NCBI GenBank assembly: GCA_964458665.1
Contig: CAYWOO010000042.1
Location: forward strand, 2,987-66,986
Length of the DNA stretch: 64,000 nt
Reading direction: 5' to 3'
DNA from: an uncultured Dehalococcoidia bacterium
GTDB taxonomy: Bacteria > Chloroflexota > Dehalococcoidia > DSTF01 > JACRBR01
A program made the position numbers and the translations under genes. Positions 57,472 through 64,000 of this stretch are shown one piece after another. The notes under the pieces are model-generated. The model did no database searches. It worked only from the letters and a program-made list of their open reading frames with translations, and was not told the DNA's origin. Numbering within the stretch: position 1 is the stretch's first letter; each line of letters starts with the position of its first letter.

Positions 57472-57516
57472 ATGCCGCCTGTCGTCCTCCTCTGGACAGG
57501 CGGCATTTTTGTTGTT
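57472..57516 (+). terminator. Intrinsic terminator (riboswitch expression platform) 18 nt before the sigma-factor start
   Basis: ATGCCGCCTGTC-11 nt-GACAGGCGGCAT followed by TTTTTGTTGTT. Confidence 0.88.
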
Positions 57517-57533
57517 CGAATTGGGGGTGGCCG

Positions 57534-58259
57534 ATGCGCTCACAGACACGCCAGGAGATGATCACCAGGCACATGCCGCTTGTCGCCTTCGTCGTCAGCC
57601 GCATGTCGACGGACAACCAGAAGACGTTGGGGCTGGACCGCGAGGACGCTCTCGCATACGGCATCGAAGGCCTTATCCAGTCGGTAGACGCATTCGACGA
57701 GACGCGCGGCACGAGCTTCGCTAGCTTCGCCGTGCGGCGCATTCGCGGATCGATTCTGGACGCAATCCGGAAGATGGACCCGCTGCCCCGGTCGCTGCGC
57801 AAGAGCACCCGCGAGGTCGAGCAGATCTCGCAGGAGCTGTCAGCTGCGCTGGGACGCTGGCCGACGCCGAAAGAGATCGCATTCCGCATGGGCATCGGGT
57901 TGGAACAGCTGCACGGCATCCAGCGCCACGCGGGCTCCAAGTTCATTTCGCTGGAGCATGCGCTGCAGGATCGCGGCGGCGAGAGCGCGCCGTCGTTCGA
58001 TCCGGTTGACGACGACGAGTCCGGCGATCCGGCCAAGGCCGCTGATCACAATGCATCACTAATGCTCTTGGACGAGGCATTGCATCGGCTGAGCGCTCGG
58101 GATCGGGCGATCCTCCGTCTGCGGTATTCAGATTCGAAGCCGTTCCACGAGATCGGCCAGATGATGGACCTGTCAGAATCGCGCGTCTGCCAGCTTCACA
58201 AGCGCATCCTCTCGGTGCTGAAGCGCCAGATCAACGCCCAGCTGGAGGAGGCCGCCTAG
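57534..58259 (+). CDS. FliA/WhiG-family (group 3) sigma-70 factor
   Basis: Region 2 (DALAYGIEGLIQSVDAFDETRGTSFASFAVRRIRGSILDAIRK), region 3, and region 4 HTH (FHEIGQMMDLSESRVCQLHKRIL). The upstream part of ORF 57285.. overlaps the riboswitch and terminator and is rejected. Confidence 0.85.
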   Translation: MRSQTRQEMITRHMPLVAFVVSRMSTDNQKTLGLDREDALAYGIEGLIQSVDAFDETRGTSFASFAVRRIRGSILDAIRKMDPLPRSLRKSTREVEQISQELSAALGRWPTPKEIAFRMGIGLEQLHGIQRHAGSKFISLEHALQDRGGESAPSFDPVDDDESGDPAKAADHNASLMLLDEALHRLSARDRAILRLRYSDSKPFHEIGQMMDLSESRVCQLHKRILSVLKRQINAQLEEAA

Positions 58260-58337
58260 CTTCGCTACGGCCGAGGCCGAATACGGCCGATATTCTCCTA
58301 GGCCTCCGGGTCGAGGCCACTATTGCGGGCGGAGACC

Positions 58338-59861
58338 ATGCTCAACGAGCCGATGGACACGCTGCCGCCACAGCCGGACGCCCAAGAGGAGGAGCCGGTA
58401 GCAGCGGCGTCCTCCGACGGCAACGTTATCACCTTCCCCATCGCGACCGAGCCGGACCAGGGCGAGCGGCTTCCCGGGCTCGCACTTGCCTACGTTTTCA
58501 CGATCTTCCTGGGCGGGCTGATCTCGGTCGCCCTATTCGCGCCTCAACTCGATACCGCCGATCTGGGCGGATTCGTGGTGCTCGCACTGCTCGCGATAGC
58601 CTTCGGGCGCACACGTGTACCCATCTACGGCGACACCAGCGTTTCGATCGGCATGGTGGGGGATTTCGCGATCGCGTTCCTGTACGGCCCTGCGGGCGCT
58701 GTGATTGTGAGCCCATTCGCGGCGATCGCCACGGATCTCGGCGTGGGCGCGTGGTACAAGCGACTGTTCAACGTAGGCCTGATCGTCCTCAGCAACGTCG
58801 TCGTTGCGTTCATGCTTCGATCACTGGTGCATATCGTCGGACCTGGCCTGCCGGTCAACGGTTGGTTGATCCCGATCGCGCTCGCCGGCGTTGTGGTGTA
58901 CTACCTCCTGAACATCAGCCTCGTGACCGTAGCAGTCGGCCTCTCCACGAAGACATCGCTCCTGGAAGTCTGGCGTGAGAAGTTTGAGTGGCTGCTTCCT
59001 CACTACATCGTCTTTGGACTCCTCGGTCTGGCACTGGCGCTTGGCTACCAGGGCATCGGCTACTACGGCATCCTTGCGTTCGTGGCGCCGCCTCTCATGA
59101 TGCGCTTCTCCGTAAAGCAGTACGTCGACAAGACTGCCCAAAACGTCGACGAGCTGAAAAAGCGCAACCGGGACCTGCAACAGGCGAACCGCGACGTGCT
59201 CGGCATGGCCGACCAGTTGCGTGAAACCTACGACGGCACACTGGAGGCGCTCGTGTCGGCGCTGGACGCGCGTGACCGTGAGACGAAGGGTCACTCGATC
59301 CGCGTGGCGAAGTACATGATGGAGATCGCCTTCTACATGGAGATCCAGCCGGGCACCGAGGAGTGGGTCGACATGCAGCGCGGCGGGCTGCTGCACGACA
59401 TCGGCAAGATCGGTGTGTCAGATTCGATTCTGCACAAGCCTGGGCCGCTGACCGACGACGAGTGGGTGGACATGAAACGCCACCCGAAGATCGGCCACGA
59501 CATGATCAAGGACATCGGCTTCTTGTCGGGTGCGGCCGTCCTCATCATGGCGCACCACGAGCGGTTTGACGGTAAGGGCTATCCGCGCGGACTGGCGACC
59601 GACGATATCCCGATCGGCTCACGGATATTCGTCCTGGCAGACACCTTCGACGCGATGACGTCGGATCGGCCGTACCGGGCGGCGCTGTCCGTGGACGCGT
59701 CGCGCGAGGAGATTATCAGCTGCAGCGGCACGCAGTTCGACCCGCAGTGCGTGCAGGCGTTCCTTCTGGCGTTCGACAAGATCGTGGAGATCCGATTCGC
59801 GGAGCACGAAGAGGAATCCGAGCACCACGCGGCAGCGGCGCCGCGCCAGGCTGCCGCCTAA
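58338..59861 (+). CDS. HD-GYP domain c-di-GMP phosphodiesterase with an N-terminal multi-pass membrane domain
   Basis: HSIRVA...LLHDIGKIGV...HHERFDGKGYPRGL, preceded by about 6 predicted TM helices. Confidence 0.88.
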   Translation: MLNEPMDTLPPQPDAQEEEPVAAASSDGNVITFPIATEPDQGERLPGLALAYVFTIFLGGLISVALFAPQLDTADLGGFVVLALLAIAFGRTRVPIYGDTSVSIGMVGDFAIAFLYGPAGAVIVSPFAAIATDLGVGAWYKRLFNVGLIVLSNVVVAFMLRSLVHIVGPGLPVNGWLIPIALAGVVVYYLLNISLVTVAVGLSTKTSLLEVWREKFEWLLPHYIVFGLLGLALALGYQGIGYYGILAFVAPPLMMRFSVKQYVDKTAQNVDELKKRNRDLQQANRDVLGMADQLRETYDGTLEALVSALDARDRETKGHSIRVAKYMMEIAFYMEIQPGTEEWVDMQRGGLLHDIGKIGVSDSILHKPGPLTDDEWVDMKRHPKIGHDMIKDIGFLSGAAVLIMAHHERFDGKGYPRGLATDDIPIGSRIFVLADTFDAMTSDRPYRAALSVDASREEIISCSGTQFDPQCVQAFLLAFDKIVEIRFAEHEEESEHHAAAAPRQAAA

Positions 59862-59891
59862 GCGTCGCCGGACTAAGGTGATGTAGGCCCT

Positions 59892-59932
59892 CCGGAGCGC
59901 GGGCTCCAGCCCCGCAGTACCGCTTCGACAGG
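59892..59932 (+). repeat. Diverged copy of the dispersed GC-hairpin repeat
   Basis: CCGGAGCGCGGGCTCCAGCCCCGCAGTACCGC..., 31 nt after the HD-GYP stop. It aligns with the 44430/44550 repeats. Confidence 0.55.
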
Positions 59933-60099
59933 ACGACCCCAAGGTCACTCCCACGTCACACGGACGAGAAAATGAAGAGGCCCCTCAAATTGAGGAGCCT
60001 GTTCATCGTCCTTGCGGACGGAGGGGCATTACCACGTCACGCGAAACGTCATTTCACATCCTCCTTGACCGGTAACTGCATCGAGGCCCCTGACCGTGT

Positions 60100-60127
60100 G
60101 TCGGTAGACAATACCGACTCGTCGGTA
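60100..60127. promoter_or_regulatory. Operator-like inverted repeats upstream of the TetR gene
   Basis: GTCGGTA-gacaa-TACCGAC-tc-GTCGGTA (three half-sites). A second palindrome, TGTCAA-6 nt-TTGACA, lies at 60154-60171. Confidence 0.4.
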
Positions 60128-60248
60128 TCTTTATACGGCTACCAGCTCCCCCCTGTCAACAGCCATTGACAAGCAAACGCGAGAAAGATCCTGTCAATTT
60201 CGGGGCAGCCGCCCATGTGGCAGCCGAGCCGGCTGGCCGAACGTTCCC

Positions 60249-60761
60249 ATGGGACCGATGACGACGCAAAATCGCCAGTCGCTACGCTCGCAGGCCGCCC
60301 AGGACAACATCGTCCAGGCGGCGTTGACCGTGTTCGCGCTGAAGGGCTACGGAGCGGCTTCTATGGATGATGTCTGCATGGCCGCCGGATGCTCGAAGGG
60401 CGGACTGTACCACCACTTCCGGACCAAGCACGCCGTGCTCAGCGCAGTCGTGGCTCGGCTCGCGCACACAGGCTCGCTGCTCCCTCCCTACGGAGTGGAT
60501 ACAGAACATGCGGCGCTACCTGCCGCGTCGCTCGGTCGTGTGCTCATCGACGTGTGGACGGAAGCCGCCCGCGACGTCGATCTCCGCGAACAGCTGCGCA
60601 CCGGCTACGAGGCGTATCTGGCGGAGCACGTCGACGCATCGGGAACGTCCAGGGTTGTCGAGATCCTGCGCGTCGGCGCCCTCATCCAGCTTCTGACGCG
60701 CGCAGACGGCGTCGATGCCGACGAAGCCGCGCGGCGGCTGGGCCTCGAGCAGGCGGCGTAA
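60249..60761 (+). CDS. TetR/AcrR family transcriptional regulator
   Basis: HTH block ASMDDVCMAAGCSKGGLYHHF. Confidence 0.85.
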   Translation: MGPMTTQNRQSLRSQAAQDNIVQAALTVFALKGYGAASMDDVCMAAGCSKGGLYHHFRTKHAVLSAVVARLAHTGSLLPPYGVDTEHAALPAASLGRVLIDVWTEAARDVDLREQLRTGYEAYLAEHVDASGTSRVVEILRVGALIQLLTRADGVDADEAARRLGLEQAA

Positions 60762-60900
60762 TTCTCGCTCTGGCAGTGCGGCGTCAGCCGGGTGGGAAGC
60801 GGTCGGCACCGCCGCCCCCGGCTGGCGGGAATCTCATCGCCGTGCCGGGGCTTTCAAGCTCGCGCGGCCCCGGTAACGGCGACCCCACCCGGCGAGCTTC

Positions 60901-61725
60901 TTACGCCGTGAGCCACATCCGTCGCCGGCGCTCGCGCTCCTGTTTCGCCTCGCTCAGGCTGCTCATCGCCGCCTCCAGGACGGCCTCGGCGCGCGTCATC
61001 TCCGGCAACGACACCGCGCTACCAGATGCGACGCCGGCCCACAGCGACACCGTGCGTCCGCCAACATCCGCGGCTGCGGACTCGCGCGCCAGCCGGTCCT
61101 CCAGGCGCTCGATGAACGCCGCCACACCCTCCGCACCGGTATCGAGGAGGAGGATGCCAAACTCGTCGTCGCCAAGGCGCGCGACGATGTCGTTGTAGCG
61201 GCGCGTGCCATCGACCGCCTTTGCCACGTGACGGAGGACCTCGTCCCCAGCCCGCACGCCGTACTCCTTGTTGACGGCGGTGAGGTTGTTGACGTCGATA
61301 AGCACCACGGACAGGTGACGGCCCATGCGGCGCGAGCGAGCGAACTCATCGCCAAGACGGCGAGAGAAGTGATTGAAGGTTGGAAGGTCCGTCAGGAGGT
61401 CGTGCTCGGCGGCGTCCAACTCCTCCTCCCGCTCACCCGGTGTACGATCGTCCACGCGGGCGGTCCAAAGGAAAGTCGCGCCCACCAGCAGGCCGGTCAT
61501 CGTCATGGCCGTCAAAAACGGCAGATGGGCGACGGGGCCAAACTCGTCGACGAGGGCGCCAACAATCGCGGCCCCCCACATCAGCGTGAGCAGCCGGAGC
61601 ATCGCTGGCACCCAAAGGATGGGCCGCCGTGCGTCCTGCGGCCGGCCGGCGGCCTCGAAGGGCGCATCCATCCTCTGTTTCGGCTCCGAGACGACGCGAA
61701 TGGAACGTGGACTGCGCATGTTCAC
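60901..61725 (-). CDS. Membrane-anchored GGDEF-domain protein with a GDDEF active-site motif and an RxxD I-site
   Basis: N-terminal TM helices. GGDEF-domain blocks DLLTDLPTFNHF, VVLIDVNNLTAVNKEYG, RYNDIVARLGDDEFGILL. Confidence 0.85.
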   Translation of the reverse strand: MNMRSPRSIRVVSEPKQRMDAPFEAAGRPQDARRPILWVPAMLRLLTLMWGAAIVGALVDEFGPVAHLPFLTAMTMTGLLVGATFLWTARVDDRTPGEREEELDAAEHDLLTDLPTFNHFSRRLGDEFARSRRMGRHLSVVLIDVNNLTAVNKEYGVRAGDEVLRHVAKAVDGTRRYNDIVARLGDDEFGILLLDTGAEGVAAFIERLEDRLARESAAADVGGRTVSLWAGVASGSAVSLPEMTRAEAVLEAAMSSLSEAKQERERRRRMWLTA

Positions 61726-61886
61726 GCGGTCACCCCCTTCCCCAGCACTAGTATCGGCCGTACCAGGCAGACCCGAACGGGTTGTGCACCAGTCCGCCGC
61801 ATACCCGCACGTCGCGTTTGTAAGCGCATAGGCGTTGGGCTAAGATGAACGGGCGAGTCTGGCTGCCAGCGGTAAGGAGGAGGGTG

Positions 61887-62432
61887 ATGCAAATCGATTG
61901 GGATAAGACGATCGATGACATCTTCGTCGACAAGCTCTCCTGTCTGAGGTGCGGCTCACTGAGTGCAACGCTCGTGGCCGGCTACAGCCGCGCTCCTGGC
62001 TCGGCCGACTACGCACCGCGCACGCACAACTGCAAGAACAAGGAAGAGTGCGACGCGCGCCGCCTCGTCGTCGTCTGCGAGAACTGCGCGCGCGACCTGC
62101 GCCTGCGTGCGAATCCGGTCGACCGGGAAGCGATGATGACGTTGCTCATCAACGACTGCCGTAAGGACCTGGAAGACTGCCTCGACTATCTGGCCGACTA
62201 CTGGCAAGAAGATCTCGATATCGACCCGAGCGATACGAGTTCGCGGCTGGAGGACATCGAGCCTGGCATCTTTGCCGAGGAAGATGCGTGGCGAAAGAAG
62301 CTCGAGGAAGAGTACCTGAGCTACCACCGCTGGTTCCGCGATCACGACATGCACATTCCCAACCCCGGCTGGCGCAGCGAGTACGTCGAAGAGATCATCG
62401 AGCTCGGCTACGCGACACTGCTGGGTGACTAG
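61887..62432 (+). CDS. Hypothetical acidic protein with an N-terminal Cys4 zinc-ribbon-like motif
   Basis: ATG 61887 follows AGGAGGAGGG. CxxC (CLRCGS) ... CxxC (CENCARDL). The promoter-like TTGTAA-17 nt-TAAGAT lies upstream. The 5' end has lower GC (28 G+C in the first 60 nt). Confidence 0.55.
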   Translation: MQIDWDKTIDDIFVDKLSCLRCGSLSATLVAGYSRAPGSADYAPRTHNCKNKEECDARRLVVVCENCARDLRLRANPVDREAMMTLLINDCRKDLEDCLDYLADYWQEDLDIDPSDTSSRLEDIEPGIFAEEDAWRKKLEEEYLSYHRWFRDHDMHIPNPGWRSEYVEEIIELGYATLLGD

Positions 62433-62609
62433 ACCTGACGTCTCGGCCAACAGTTCGCCTCAGCGGCACACAGTCGCAGACGTGTTGTGGCGCGAAGCGT
62501 GGCGGCATAGCCCCTCGGTTGTGCGTCCCGCAAAGCCGGACCGACGCAGTACGCCGTCAACCCAAAGCGCATCGGTCGCTGGCGAGACCCGCGACGAAAC
62601 GCTGGCACG

Positions 62610-63014
62610 CTAGGACTCTTCCTCGCTAGCCACCACCCGCGCAGCCTCCACCTTCGCCTGCACCAGTGGGAGCCACTCGCGCTCATCCTTATCGGCGAAG
62701 TTCCACCAGACCTGCTCGCCGTTCGTCGTTTCGATGCAGAGGCAATGGCGACGGCTGGGTGCACCGCCCAGATGCGGGTTGGGCGCCGGATAGAGTCCGG
62801 CTGTCTTCACGTCGCCGTACGGCACGATCATCCATCGCGCCTCACCGCTCCGCGCCTCGAACATCAGACGGCGGTTCGTCATGAACAGAGCGCCCTGCAA
62901 GACCTGCTTGCCGCGGAGCAACTCGGCACTGACCGCGCGCTCGACCGCCTCATCTGGCGACAGGTCGATCGAGATCGCGGGCGCCGGCTTCGGCTTGCGG
63001 CGGAAGATCGGCAT
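62610..63014 (-). CDS. Hypothetical protein, PH/GRAM-like (bacterial PH domain) candidate
   Basis: 134 aa. The LQGALFMTNRRLMFE...IPYGDV pattern is typical of GRAM/bPH domains. The start lies 2 nt after the upstream gene's stop. Confidence 0.55.
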   Translation of the reverse strand: MPIFRRKPKPAPAISIDLSPDEAVERAVSAELLRGKQVLQGALFMTNRRLMFEARSGEARWMIVPYGDVKTAGLYPAPNPHLGGAPSRRHCLCIETTNGEQVWWNFADKDEREWLPLVQAKVEAARVVASEEES

Positions 63015-63016
63015 CG

Positions 63017-63994
63017 CTACTGACCGCCGTACGCGCGCACCCAGCGCATCGCGGATCGCAGCTGATCGCGATGCGTGCGATCGTGCCGCTCGAAGAACAG
63101 CAGGTATTCGAGGATCGTGTGTTCGTTCGGCTCCGGCTCCCATCGAAACGCGATCTTGAGATCGAGATGCCTGGGTTTGAGCTGCGAGAACAAGAGCAGC
63201 GTCTCGTGCCGCATCGACAAGAACTCCTCGGTGAGCGCGCCGTCTGTCGAGTAGCGGCGCTCTTCGAGGCGCTGTTCGTTGCCGGCGGTGACATCCGGCC
63301 ACGGTGCCACAGTACCGTGCGCGATGATGTAGCGCAGGTGGCCCTGCATCACCCAGTCGCCCGTTGCGATGTGCATCAGCAACTGCCGGAACGACCATTC
63401 CGGCAGCGGTGACGGGCGCTCCCACATGACGGGATCGACGTTGTGGATCACGTACAGGCTCGCTTCCGGCGCAAGCGCGTCGACCGCCGGCTGCACCTGC
63501 GGCAGGAACGTCATCGCGGGCGGCCGCCACGTCAGCCGCAGCGCGCGGCGAACGTCGGCCGCGTGCATCCGGTCGTGGTAGCCGAGCCAGATACGCTCGC
63601 GCACGCTGTTGTGCTCGTCGCCGTACGACCGCAGCGCCAGCGCCATGTGCCGCGGCTCCAGCAGATCGTACAGCCCCAGCAGCAACCTGCGCCGCTGCTC
63701 CATCTCTTCGAACAGCTCTTTTGGCGTCCGCTTCCGCCCGCGCGCGATCGCCCGCTCACGCGCCGCCTTCGCCTCGGCCGGTGGCACTGGCGGCGCAACG
63801 CCCCCTTCGCCTCGCAGCAGGCCCTGCGCCGCCAGCGCCCACGCCTGGTCGGCTCCGGCGACATGCGCCAACAACTCCTGCAGCGTCCGCGAGCCGTACG
63901 GGACGTGGCGTTCCCAGTCGCGCGGCCCGACGTCGCCCAGCGCAGATAGCAGCTGCTCGCGCGCCATGTGCATGTCCAGGACGGCATCGTGCAC
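63017..63994 (-). CDS. DinB-family (DinB_2 / MDMPI N-terminal-like) protein, two tandem four-helix-bundle halves; the start is near the window edge
   Basis: H-rich DinB patterns (LLAHVAGADQAW, LLMHIATGDWVMQGH, RHDRTHRDQL). Confidence 0.7.
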   Translation of the reverse strand: MHDAVLDMHMAREQLLSALGDVGPRDWERHVPYGSRTLQELLAHVAGADQAWALAAQGLLRGEGGVAPPVPPAEAKAARERAIARGRKRTPKELFEEMEQRRRLLLGLYDLLEPRHMALALRSYGDEHNSVRERIWLGYHDRMHAADVRRALRLTWRPPAMTFLPQVQPAVDALAPEASLYVIHNVDPVMWERPSPLPEWSFRQLLMHIATGDWVMQGHLRYIIAHGTVAPWPDVTAGNEQRLEERRYSTDGALTEEFLSMRHETLLLFSQLKPRHLDLKIAFRWEPEPNEHTILEYLLFFERHDRTHRDQLRSAMRWVRAYGGQ

Positions 63995-64000
63995 GAAAGG

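Noticed and set aside
57285-57533. An N-terminal 83-codon extension of the sigma-factor ORF.
   Set aside because: It would be translated through the riboswitch-like element and a perfect intrinsic terminator, and it has Arg/Pro-rich non-protein composition. Sigma region 2 homology begins after ATG 57534.
59972-60169. A 65-aa plus-strand ORF in the lower-GC spacer before the TetR gene.
   Set aside because: It has a weak SD and no protein-like features, and it overlaps palindromic operator-like sites. It is more likely regulatory DNA.

Overview
This is a GC-rich bacterial chromosomal segment with strong GGAGG-type ribosome-binding sites and dense coding on both strands. All protein calls come from motifs I recognise in the supplied translations; no database search was run.

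Content in order:
- **1-5.1 kb:** assorted enzymes (D-aminoacylase-like, serine hydrolase, GNAT, DUF2961/GH172-like, ABM).
- **5.2-13.5 kb, minus strand:** a Tad/Flp-type pilus assembly operon (tadC, tadB, cpaF, cpaE/tadZ-like, cpaB). An ECF sigma factor and a membrane-spanning vWA-FHA protein lie directly upstream in the same orientation. A divergent AAA+ ATPase sits across a 580-nt non-coding gap.
- **15.7-21.3 kb:** PhyH dioxygenase, CAP-domain protein, ADP-forming acyl-CoA synthetase alpha-like protein, an F420-type nitroreductase (DDN family) and a class II Fic protein.
- **21.4-38.9 kb:** mutL, S8 peptidase, a PPOX-class F420 enzyme, mutS, ppdK, a Tat-lipoprotein dioxygenase, a PQQ sugar dehydrogenase, a frameshifted Sir2 deacetylase, an amidase, a methyltransferase and uvrB.
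- **39.0-41.2 kb:** three consecutive Thr/Pro-rich proteins with LPXTG-type sorting signals; one carries a cupredoxin domain.
- **41.3-45.5 kb:** galU, a 436-aa orphan, an SDR and a DRTGG protein.
- **45.5-47.9 kb:** tRNA-Phe, with its promoter and 5' end duplicated around a lower-GC Kelch-repeat gene, followed by an ankyrin protein.
- **48-57 kb:** hypotheticals, methyltransferases, a hydrolase and an aldolase / FGGY kinase / dehydrogenase / TetR cluster.
- **57.3-61.7 kb:** a c-di-GMP neighbourhood. A candidate GEMM-I riboswitch plus intrinsic terminator precedes a FliA/WhiG-type sigma factor and an HD-GYP phosphodiesterase. A TetR and a GGDEF protein with a GDDEF active-site motif and an intact RxxD I-site follow.

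The strongest non-protein signals are:
- the riboswitch candidate;
- a four-segment alternative-pairing leader that can hide the fic ribosome-binding site;
- a family of heptanucleotide tandem arrays that abut gene ends, one pair forming a ~31-bp inverted structure;
- a dispersed ~45-nt GC hairpin repeat;
- the tRNA-Phe 5' duplication.

No rRNA, CRISPR array, transposase or integrase was seen.
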